Part shown: positions 1 to 9,919 of the stretch, one piece after another | How the letters are laid out: every line of letters starts with the position of its first letter | Numbering within the stretch: position 1 is the first letter of the stretch | Origin: Heterodontus francisci | Lineage: Eukaryota | Assembly (NCBI RefSeq): GCF_036365525.1 | Contig: NC_090388.1 | Span: 68,256,258 to 68,320,257 of the forward strand | DNA: 64,000 nt | Direction: 5' to 3' | Notes under the pieces: model-generated | Seen by the model: the letters and a program-made list of their open reading frames with translations, nothing else | The model's database searches: none | What the model was told of the DNA's origin: nothing | Program-made: the position numbers and the translations under genes

Positions 1-480
1 ATCCGACTCACTTATCTTTCAAGACCGTTTTCTATATTTTTGTTCACTGTGAGAGGTTGCAGCTCCTCTTCCTCAACTTCTGGCTCCACTTCAGTCCCAC
101 ACTCCTGATCTTTGGTCATTCAGTGTGGAGAGAGGTGGGCAAGCCAGAGAGCCTCCTCATATGCCTGGCCAAGGTGACCAACAACAGATCCAGGCTGAAT
201 ACAGCCAGTGGAGAACGATGGGTCTGGCTGCCTGCCTCTCTTTCACTTTCATATTTGTGCCAAGGTCACCCTGTGGAGTGCCCAGTGTCTGCCAAGACCT
301 TCCACAACTAGTGGGCACCACAGGGACTACAGTGTATACTGGATAATGGCAACAACTTTATTATTTACATTTATAAATTTCCTATTTTTAAAGGTTTAGT
401 TCTTTATTACTTGTGTCCTTCTAAAAGGGGCGCCTTTACTTGGCTTTTGCTTGATAATTGGTTTATTTAAAAAAGACATA
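1..480 (+). mobile_element. L1/Tx1-clade LINE, degenerate ORF2 C-terminus and 3' UTR (inside EFCAB10 intron 1)
   Basis: Translation LLFLNFWLHFSPTLLIFGH...LLICLAKVTNNRSR...GCLPLF resembles the C-terminal region of fish/shark Tx1 ORF2 as I recall it; frameshifted; followed by an AT-rich tail. Confidence 0.55.
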
Positions 481-611
481 CATAATGTTTCCCAGTGTTA
501 TCAGGACTATGGGATGTTCTGGACCATTTATCCATCCTCACTTCACTATTACAATTATAGCATCGTGAGGAATGTAGATGTGACAATCCCTCCCATATTG
601 GTTCAAGACGC

Positions 612-755
612 TCTGGCCGGAGTTGGCGTCCGGGCCGGGGCCGGGGCCAGGATCAGTCTGGCCGGAGGCGGAGTCCGGGCCGGGGCAAGGGTCACTCTGG
701 CCGGAGCCGGGCAGGGGTCACTCTGGCTGGAGTCAGAGTCACACTGGCCGGAGTG
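612..755. repeat. short GC-rich imperfect tandem repeat (core TCTGGCCGGAG, ~5 copies)
   Basis: Repeated tctggccggag...ccggggc units visible directly, within the CpG-rich first intron of EFCAB10. Confidence 0.6.
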
Positions 756-850
756 AGAGGCGCCTTTGGGCCTTTGCCTGCCGACCAGCCGGCAGCGGTG
801 AGCTGCGACCCAGGGGCCTGGGTAGGCAATCCCCTTCAGTGCCCGCTTAC

Positions 851-953
851 CCGGCCGATGGTACAGCAGCATGCTGGTCAGGTTATCGAGCAGCTCCAGG
901 ATCTGGTACTCCGCCAGGTAGTCGAGAGCCTCCCGCTCCACGGTGGACGCCAT
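851..953 (-). CDS. EFCAB10: EF-hand calcium-binding domain-containing protein 10, first coding exon (RIIa/DPY30-like dimerisation-docking helix)
   Basis: MASTVEREALDYLAEYQILELLDNLTSMLLYHRP matches the recalled EFCAB10 N-terminus (YL..H.I.ELL..LTS.LLF.RPE). It ends at a GTAAG donor (plus cttac 846-850), giving 103 nt, phase 1. CpG-rich context and synteny with ATXN7L1 support the call. Confidence 0.85.
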
Positions 954-970
954 GCCGACTGGCAGACGCT

Positions 971-983
971 GTTGCCTAGTAAC
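971..983. promoter_or_regulatory. RFX X-box (ciliary gene promoter motif)
   Basis: GTTGCCTAGTAAC fits GTNRCC-N0-3-RGYAAC and lies 18 bp upstream of the EFCAB10 ATG. Confidence 0.7.
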
Positions 984-997
984 CGGCCCGGAGCTCC

Positions 998-2325
998 GGG
1001 TGATTGGGGGCGGGGCGAGAGATGCGGGGCGGGACGGGTGATTGGGGGCGGGGGGGGTGATTGGGGGGGCGGGGGGGGTGATTGGGGGCGGGGCGGGCGA
1101 TTGGGGGGGCGGGGAGGGTGATTGGGGGCGGGGAGGGTGATTGGGGGCGGGGCGGGCGATTGGGGGCGGGGGGTTGGGGGCGGGTGATTGGCGGCGGGAC
1201 GGAGCGGGTGATTGGGGGAGGGGAGGGTGATTGGGGGCGGGGCGGGGCGGGTGATTGGGGGCGGGGCGGGGCGGGTGATTTGGGGCGGGGCGGGCGGGGA
1301 GGGTGATTGGGGGCGGGGCGGGCGGGGCGGGTGATTGGGGGCGGGGGGAGGGTGATTGGGGGCGGGCGATTGGGGGCGGGGCGGGCGGGGAGGGTGATTG
1401 GGGGCGGGGCGGGCGATTGGGGGCGGGGCGGGTGATTGGGGGCGGGGAGGGTGATTGGGGGCGGGGCGGGCGGGGAGGGTGATTGGGGGCGGGGCGGACG
1501 ATTGGGGGCGGGGCGGGCGGGGAGGGTGATTGGGGGCGGGGAGGGTGATTGGGGGCGGGGCGGGCGGGGAGGGTGATTGGGGGCGGGGGGGTGATTGGGG
1601 GCGGGGCGGGCGGGGAGGGTGATTGGGGGCGGGGGGTGATTGGGGGCGGGGCGGGCGGGGAGGGTGATTGGGGGCGGGGAGGGTGATTGGGGGCGGGGCG
1701 GGCGGGGAGGGTGATTGGGGGCGGGGAGGGTGATTGGGGGCGGGGCGGGCGATTGGGGGCGGGGCGGGCGGGGAGGGTGATTGGGGGCGGGGAGGGTGAT
1801 TGGGAGCGGGGCGGGCGATTGGGGGCGGGGAGGGTGATTGGGGGCGGGGAGGGTGATTGGGGGCGGGGCGGGCGGGGAGGGTGATTGGGGGCGGGGGGGG
1901 TGATTGGGGGCGGGGAGGGTGATTGGGGGCGGGGCGGGCGGGGAGGGTGATTGGGGGCGGGGGGGTGATTGGGGGCGGGGCGGGCGGGGAGGGTGATTGG
2001 GGGCGGGGGGTGATTGGGGGCGGGGCGGGCGGGGAGGGTGATTGGGGGCGGGGAGGGTGATTGGGGGCGGGGCGGGCGGGGAGGGTGATTGGGGGCGGGG
2101 GGTGATTGGGGGCGGGGGGTGATTGGGGGCGGGGGGGTGATTGGGGGCGGGGAGGGTGATTGGGGGCGGGGGGTGATTGGGGGCGGGGGGTGATTGGGGG
2201 CGGGGGGTGATTGGGGGCGGGGGGGTGATTGGGGGCGGGGGGTGATTGGGGGCGGGGAGGGTGATTGGGGGCGGGGGGTGATTGGGGGCGGGGCGGGCGG
2301 GGAGGGTGATGGGGACGGGGCGGGT
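998..2325. repeat. G-rich minisatellite, variable 17-29 bp units (GGGTGATTGGGGGCGGGG[CGGGCGGGGA]), ~60 units
   Basis: Directly visible; about 60 GATTGG words by manual count, each followed by GGGGCGGGG. Confidence 0.95.
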
Positions 2326-2479
2326 GCTTCACATTTCCGCTCAGTCTCTTCATTTACAGAAGCAGCAGCTGGAAGGAAAGATTCTAAAACCTCAGGTTCG
2401 CTCCCCTTAGGAAAAAAAATCAGAAGTTAAAATGGGCTCGAAATTTGTCTTGGGCGGCAGCGCAGAACGAGCGGGATCT

Positions 2480-3030
2480 GTTTTTTAATATCCAAAAAAT
2501 ACTTTATTCGTAAAAAAAAAACTAAAAAATACATTCAAAACAGCACCAAGTCAACAATAGAAAAAGTGCAAAGGAGATCAGTTTCCTTCAATACAGGAGA
2601 GAGTTGCCTCACAACCCTTCCATTTCATTTTACTTTTTGCAGCAAACAAATATTTTCCGGATACAGTTCGAGGGGTTTTCCATGGATCCAGCCCCTCAGT
2701 TCAGCTTGTTGGGGGGACCTTGCACTGTGGTCTTTCCCCATTGAGCCTTTGCCGCAGCTGCCCCAAGCTTTAGTGCATCCCTCAGAACGTAGTCCTGGAC
2801 CTTGGAATGCGCCAGTTTGCAACACTCGGACGTGGACAACTCTTTGCGCTGGAAGACCAGCAAGTTTCGGGCAGACCAAAGAGCGTCTTTCACCAAATTG
2901 ATAGTCCTCCAGCAGCAGTTGATGTTTATCTCGGTGTGCGTCCCTGGGAACAGCCCATAGAGCACAGACTCCTGTGTTACAGAGCTGCTTGGGATGAACC
3001 TCGACAAAAAACACTGCATCTCTTTCCAGC
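2480..3030 (-). mobile_element. L1/Tx1-clade LINE, 5'-truncated 3' end
   Basis: ORF 2696..3019 (FIPSSSVTQESVLYGLFPGTH...INLVKDALWSARN...YVLRDALKLG) is a Tx1-type ORF2 C-terminus; minus-strand AATAAA at ~2503 and an A-tail at ~2480. Confidence 0.75.
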
Positions 3031-3142
3031 AGCCGCCAGCGATACACTCGCCCGACGTTCGGCTCTTTGGGCTCAGCAGTGCCAGAAGAGGTTGCAGGCC
3101 CTCACACTGGCAGGGACATCGCTTCCAGCGAAAGCCAGGTGG

Positions 3143-3466
3143 TAAAGACCTGCTCGGGTCTCCAAAAAAAACCGACCCAAGCTCGACCTGGTCCGTGTCC
3201 TTCCATTTATTCCCACGCCCGACCGGACCATCAGTTAACTTACCTTCTGTTTTTCACTTTGTTGCTGATCTACACAAGCTTAAAATAACCTGTAACAAAA
3301 CCACCTTTCGAGTCCAAAAATTAAATTAACAGTGGAGCCACTTAGCTGTGATAAAGCGTGTCCGACCCGGCCTGACCCGAGCCCGAATGCCGGACCCGGA
3401 AGTGCAACCCACCCCAACATGAATCCGACACGTGTCGTCGGGTCCCGGTCGGGTAGCAGGCCTTTG
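3143..3466. mobile_element. non-autonomous hAT MITE, copy 1
   Basis: TIRs TAAAGACCTGCT / AGCAGGCCTTTG, many CCCGA/TCGGGT subterminal motifs, and imperfect 8-bp TSD CCAGGTGG/ACGGGTGG. Same family as 15892 and 32933. Confidence 0.8.
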
Positions 3467-3609
3467 ACGGGTGGTGCCCATGCCAGGAAGGCAGTTGCAC
3501 AGGCTTGCTGTGCCATGTTTGTGCCAGAAACATCCCACCTGCCCAGATTGTGATGTCAAACAGCTATTCAGACAGATTTGACTTACGATTTGGAAACTTG
3601 GACATCATG

Positions 3610-4972
3610 ATATAAGAAATAAAAGGAGTAGGCCATTCGGCCCCTCAAGCCTGCTCCGCCATTCAATAAGATCATGGCTGATTTGATTGTGACCTTAACT
3701 CAATTTTCCAACCTGCATTCCCCCCCACCTCGCCCCATATCTTTTGACCTCCCTTATAGATCAAAAATCTGTTTAACTCAGTCTTGAATATATTCAATGA
3801 CCCAGCCTCCACTGCTAGAGAATTCCAAAGATTAATGACCCTCTGAGGGAAGAAATAAATGGAGGCCCCTTATTTTACGATTGTGTCCCCTAGTTCTAGA
3901 TTCCCTCCGAAGGGAAACATCCTCTCAGCATCTACGCTGTCAAGCCCCCTCAGAATCTTACATGTTTCAATAAGATCACTTCTCATTCTTCTAAACTCCA
4001 ATGAGTATCGGCCCAACCTGCTCAATCTTTGCTCATAAGACAATCCCTTCATCCCAGAAATCAGTCTAGTGAACCTTCTCTGAACTGTTTCCAAAGCAAG
4101 CTTATCCCTCCTTAAGTAAAGAGACCAAAACTGTACACAGTACTCTAGGTGCAGTCTCATCAATGCCCTGTACAATTGTCACAAGACTTACATACTTTTA
4201 TACTCCATCCCCCTTGCAATAAAGGCCAACATTCCATTTGCCTTCCTCATTACTTGCAGTACCCGCATGCTAACATTTTGTGATTCATGTACAAGGACAC
4301 CCAGATATCTCTATCACAGCATTTTGCAGTTTTTCTCAATTTAAATATTCTGCTTTACTATTCTTCCAACCAAAGTGGATAATGGCACATTTTCCCACAA
4401 CCTCCATCTGCCAATTTTTTTGCCCACTCACTTAACCTATCTATAATCCCTTTGCAGTCTCTGTGTGCTCCTCAAAACTTGCTTTCCTACCTATCTTTGT
4501 ATCGTTAGCAAATTTGGCTATAATGCAGTCGGTCCCTTCATCCAAGTCATTAATGTAGAGACCCCAGCACTGATCCCTCTGGCACTCCACTAGTTAGAGT
4601 TTTCCAAAGTGAAAATGCTCCATATATCACGACTCTCTGTTTCTTATTAGTTAACCAATCGTCTATCCATGCTAATATATTACCCTGAACATCATGAGCT
4701 CTTATCTTTTAGGTGACACAGTATCGAATGCCTTTCTGAAATCCAAATACACTACATCTACTGGTTCCCCTTTATCCACCCTGCTTGTTACATCCTCAAA
4801 GAATTCGAATAAATTTGTCAAATACAATTTCTGTTTCATAAAACCGTGCTGACTCTGCTTGATTATATTATGATTTTCTAAATGCCCTGCTACTACTTCC
4901 TTAATAATAGATTCCAGCAATTTTCCAATGACTGATATTAGGCTAACTGGCCTATAGTTTCCTGCCTTCTGA
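3610..4972 (-). mobile_element. CR1 LINE, 5'-truncated (RT and C-terminal domain, degenerate)
   Basis: QHGFMK..LTNLFEFFEDVTSRVDKGEPVDVVYLDFRKAFD and YRALMRLHLEYCVQFWS...RSDLIET; CR1 3' tail at ~3610-3680. Confidence 0.9.
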
Positions 4973-5008
4973 TCCTGACCACGCAGGATTGCTGCACACT
5001 TACGCTAT

Positions 5009-6020
5009 TGTTACAACCGAGGTGGGAGAAGTGTACTGTCTTTTCTAGTTCCACTTCTCCACAGGTCACAACATATATTTACATTTTTACCCAGTTACTG
5101 ATACGGTCAATCATAGACTCTACTCTTTATCCCAGAATAAAATATAGCAACCAGGTTTCTTTAATAAACAACAACATTACCAGTTTATTACAAAACAAGA
5201 CATAGCCAGCAATGAAGCAAAGCATTAACACACAGACTGAAATATGAAAGTTCCCTTTCACCTCAGCCCCTCACACACCAGTTAACCGAAAAATAAAGAG
5301 ATTTTCTCTTTAGAGCTCTGTTACAAAAAAAGAATACTTTGGCCAAATACTTGCTAATTCTTGAAGAAAAAAAAGAAGATATGGAAAGATGTCAGTTGTT
5401 CCTTTTTAGTTTGGCATCTCAAATATACGTAGACAATTGTCACTGGGTTCGTCCTAGAACAGTTCTTTTCTGGCGACGTTGAGGATCATTTTGGCAAGCA
5501 TTCCAGGAGAAACACGGCAACAGGGGTTTCTGACAGGCCTTTCAGGAGGAACGCAGCATCAATTTCTCTATTTCTTACACTTGCTTCTAAGAGTTTCTCA
5601 AAGAGATGGAAAAGCTGGCAGGCTTTTCAAAGAAATAGAAAAGGCTCAGCTAGGGTTTTGTCCTTGGCAGGTTGATTTTTTTAAAACTTCTTTCAAAACA
5701 ACCCAACTGACTGTCCAAAGCGAGACCAAAACAATATCTCAAGAATCAAGCCTCCTGGCCCCTATAAATCTTGATGTGTCACTTCTCTGTAAACATCTTC
5801 CCCAAGTCAAAAAGCCGCTGCTGGGTATTTATCTGAAGACAGGTGACTTCCAGTAAAGGACTGCTTACAAACCAAGTCCAAAAAACCTTCCGATGACCCC
5901 ACTGAATAAAACATCCATGGAATCCTTTTCAGTTTTCCTAAATAAAACAATGTCCATAATTCTAAAATACATGAATCCTCAAAAAATACTTAACAAAAAT
6001 ATAGATGCACGATCGTAACA
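5009..6020. mobile_element. solo LTR (family A), 1012 bp
   Basis: TGTTAC...GTAACA termini and perfect 4-bp TSD CTAT; homologous to 50524-51435. Confidence 0.85.
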
Positions 6021-6204
6021 CTATCCACTCACAATAGCACATGTGTTCAGCTGCAAGAGGGACTCTCCACTAGCGCTAATTAAAGGGCCAGCCATTCAAC
6101 TTGAAGGTAAGGTAATTTAGAATAACTTCTGCTATTGCAATGGCTCTGGAAGTAATGTGAAGTGTTAATGGAAGCATTGTGGTGAATAGTCACCACAAAG
6201 AAAA

Positions 6205-6922
6205 AGGAAAGACTTGCATTTGTATAGTGATTCTCATGACTACTGCATATTTATTTATTTAGAGATACAGCACTGAAACAGGCCCTTCGGCCCACCGAGT
6301 CTGTGTTGACCAACAACCACCCATTTATACTAATCCTACATTAACCCCATATCCCCTACCACATCCCCACCATTCTTCTACCACCTACCTACACTAGGGA
6401 CAATTTACAATGGCCAATTTACCTATCAACCTGCAAGTCTTTGGCTGTGGGAGGAAACCAGAGCACCCAGCAGAAACCCACACGGTCACAGGGAGAACTT
6501 GCAAACTCCGCACAGGCAGTACCCAGAACTGAACCCGGGTCGCTGGAGCTGTGAGGCTGCGGTGCTAACCACTGCGCCACTGTGCTGCCCAAAGCACTTT
6601 ACAGCCAATAAAGTACTTTTGAAGTGTAGTCACTGTTGTAATGCAGGAAACATGGTAGCCGATTTGCGCATCGCAAACTCCCACAAGAGTGATAATGACC
6701 AGATAATGTTTTTGTGGTGTTGATTGAGAGATAAATATTAGCCAGAACATTGGGGATAACTCTGCTACTCTTTTTCACAATAATGCCATGGGATCTTTTC
6801 CATCCACCCAAGCAGGTTTAATGTCTCATCCGAAAGACTGCACATCCGACAGTGCAGCACTCCCTCAGTACTACACTGGAGTGCCAGCCTTGAATTTTAT
6901 ATTCAATCTCTGGAATGGGACT
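6205..6922 (-). mobile_element. older Deu-domain SINE (SacSINE1/AmnSINE-like), interrupted by a younger SINE
   Basis: Contains the reverse complement of the recalled Deu-domain core (gccatgggatctttt...tctcatccgaaagac...gacagtgcagcactccctcagtact) and an L2-like tail (aaagacttgcattt...atag). Confidence 0.6.
6250..6590 (-). mobile_element. tRNA-derived SINE (HE1/V-SINE type)
   Basis: Minus-strand A box TGGCGCAGTGG and B box GGTTCAGTTCT, CR1-like 3' tail ending in (TAAA)n; homologous to 44780-45118. Confidence 0.85.
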
Positions 6923-8622
6923 GAGACAAAGGCTGCAACAGGTATGGGGGCTGCAGTGGCAGCGCCTCTAGCTCTTCAACATGACAGGGAGATGCAACAG
7001 AGGTTGCAGAGAGGGGAAGTTCTGCGCAGGAGGAGGGGGAGAGAGGCAGGAAGAGAGCCTTCCCTCCAGACAGGCTGCCTATGAGTGCCTAATCAGTCTC
7101 TGGTTCCCTTAGGATGGCATCCCATCACCACCATTGCTCCACTACACCTTCCCATTCACCTGCAAGTCCCATCACAGCATCCTCTTGGCCAAAATCCTGA
7201 AATAAAAGATACTAACAAAAAATAACATCTTTATTTACCAACAAAAGTAGACCATTCACTCTTACGCATACCCTTTCAGATGGCTTTATGCGTTCTTGTG
7301 CTTCGACACAGTGCTTCGCAGTGACTGTAACACAGTCGGTGGAACGCTGCTGACTTTCACTGACAGAGACTGCAGATGGCCTTGCAGGATGCCCTCGAGC
7401 AGCTCTGGCTCTCAAAATGCCTGGCTTCAGGCTGCAGCACCTCGCAACGGACACTAGCAGCCTGGGCTGGCTGACTGAAATGGCAACAGCAAGGGCACAG
7501 GCACAGTAACAGTCATAGGGGCACAAATGCTGCCATCCTGAGAGAGGTCAGCAGGTTCATGCTCCATGGTGCCATTGTCACTCCCCCCAGGGCGGTGCCT
7601 CCACAATCCTATGAATCTGTTGGAGGGCAGATTGTCGGACTGCTGTCAGAGCCTGCATTTCCCTTTGAGCATTAAGATCCTCAGCAATGATGGCAGCAGT
7701 CTGAGCTTGCATGCCAGCATGCATAGATCACGATTCCATTGCAGCAGTCAGATGTTGGCTTCTGCCTGTGCTGCAATGGAAGCTGAGACTTTGACCACTA
7801 AATGCTGCATCACGGGTGTGTCCGCCAGCGCTGTCATGGAGTTGACCATCACTTCCACCGTGGAAGGGACAAGCTCTGACTCTGCGCGATGTCCTGTGCC
7901 ACTTTGGAGCCGAGCTCCTCCAAGTTCCTTGACAATGATAACAGGCAGGCCTGCCAATGTTCCAAGCATCTTGGCGTGCATGTCCATCATTTTACTGCAT
8001 GCCACCCCACCAAAGTCCCCTGCAGCGAAACTTGTCCGTGACCTCTGGGAGCTGGCACACAAGCTATCACTTCCCACAGCCTGGCTGCAGCCAGCTCGTG
8101 CCCACTGATTCACGATGCACAGATGCTGACTCTATACTAGCCTCAGTGCCAGTATCTGAAATGGTGCTGTAAGCATCAGATCAAGTGACGGTGCTTCTTC
8201 ATCACTGGTGTGGCATTGCTCTCTCTCTTCCTCCTGGGGATGCTGAGACTGGGCAGGCAGCAGTTCTTATATATCTGAAATCATAAAATCAGAAGGGGAG
8301 GGTTGGGGTGAGGACAAAAGCAAGGGGTCCATGATCACACAATCTGGAGCTTGCTCATCATGTCTTGCAGGTGGCCTTATTTGTCCTCGTGCTCCAACAC
8401 AGTGCTCCGCAGTGGCTGTAGCACGGTTGGTGGAAAGCTGTTGACTTTCACTGGCAGAGACGGCAGATGGCCTTGCAGGATGCCCTCGAGGGTGAGGTAG
8501 GAGTTGAGAAAAGGCATTAGGCAGTAACATACCATCATCCTGAATGCTCTCGATGATGCTGGATGCTATGGGCTCTATTGTAGCTGGCCCCATGATGCAT
8601 TGCACCATCTCCCTCATCGGGC

Positions 8623-9584
8623 TGTTATTGCCAATGTGTTTTGTTGAATGATAATTTTCTTTAATCCACTGACTGGACATCCAAATTTGTATTTTTTAAA
8701 AAAAGACATGAAAAAAAAAACATTTAAAAAGGATGACTGCAGGCAGCTTAAGATGATCACCTAGTTTGCTATACTGTATCCTACCTTGCAAAGGACTGTG
8801 AGGAGGGAGACGAAATGTCTGTGCATTTTCCAGCAAGAGCCAAGACCCAGAAAGTTTAAAGGAACTATCTGTTCTTTTCAGCGAGCAGAGAAATACTGCT
8901 AACTACTATGTTTGAATCACTGAGTGACTGTCATATGACAAGCCCCTCCCCATCTGTAGTTTTTAAGCTGATGTTTTCTCAGCAGCAGAGGAGAAACAAC
9001 TGGACTCTGACATGTGCAGACACTAAGTATCCCTCTTTCTCTCTCCATTCCTTGAAAGCTTTCAAAATCCTGCTTGTTGACTGACCACCTTTGCATACTC
9101 CAGCTACAATCTGAAACCCCGTCAGAGGAAATCATCTGCCTCGCTGTCCAAGAGACTCACCGAACCTGTGATCTACCTCTTCAAACTAAAAGCCTCAGGA
9201 TCACTGAAGTCAGCTAGACGCCAGACAGATCACCAACTCCACTGACTGTATACCTTTTGATTTATGGACTCTAACTCAACCAATCTACCTTCCCCACTCT
9301 GTAACCTATCTGTGTGTATGTAAACCTCTATGTGTGTGTGTGGAAGTTGGTGTGTTGTGTATTATTTTATTAGTTCAGTTTAGGTACAATAAAGTTAACC
9401 TCTTTCTTTGTTAACTCAAGAAAACCTGTCCAATTGGTTCTTGTTATGATCATAGCAAGTAAGTAATCAAACACCTACTGAATTGGCCAGTACATCCACT
9501 TTCAGAAAGAATTAAACCTGTTGTGGTCAAACAAGGAGAGGAAAAAGAGGAAAGCTCTTCAACCCTCCTCACTTGACCGTAACA
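8623..9584 (+). mobile_element. solo LTR (family B), 962 bp
   Basis: TGTTA...TAACA termini, perfect 4-bp TSD GGGC, AATAAA at ~9388; an inverted partial copy lies at 37050-37495. Confidence 0.85.
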
Positions 9585-9919
9585 GGGCTTATGAGATGAA
9601 GGCATGCCTTCCCCTGCCAGTTTGGCTTTGCTCCCTTCTATTGTGGGCTGCCTTACCCTGCAAAAGAGAGAGCAGAATGTCAGTGATTGTGTTGCACAGT
9701 GTTGGGGTGATGTGCTCGCCATAGCTGAATAGCTGGGGGTATGTGAAAGCAGTGGAAGGATGGTATGAGGCTGGCATCATTGGAAGGTGTGTGAGGGTGA
9801 GGTGGAGTATCTGAAGGTAAGGCCTAAGTCCTAATTACGAGGGATTGCTGCTGAGCGGGTGATATGGGTGAGCAGCCTGAGAGATGGTGGCACAGTATGT
9901 AGAAGATGTCATATGAGGA

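Noticed and set aside
603-850. C-terminal part of the 116-aa ORF (PAPARVTLA repeats)
   Set aside because: Intron read-through past the GTAAG donor at 850.
878-2353. 491-aa proline-rich ORF
   Set aside because: Product of the C-rich strand of the minisatellite; overlaps EFCAB10 out of frame; no non-repetitive domain.
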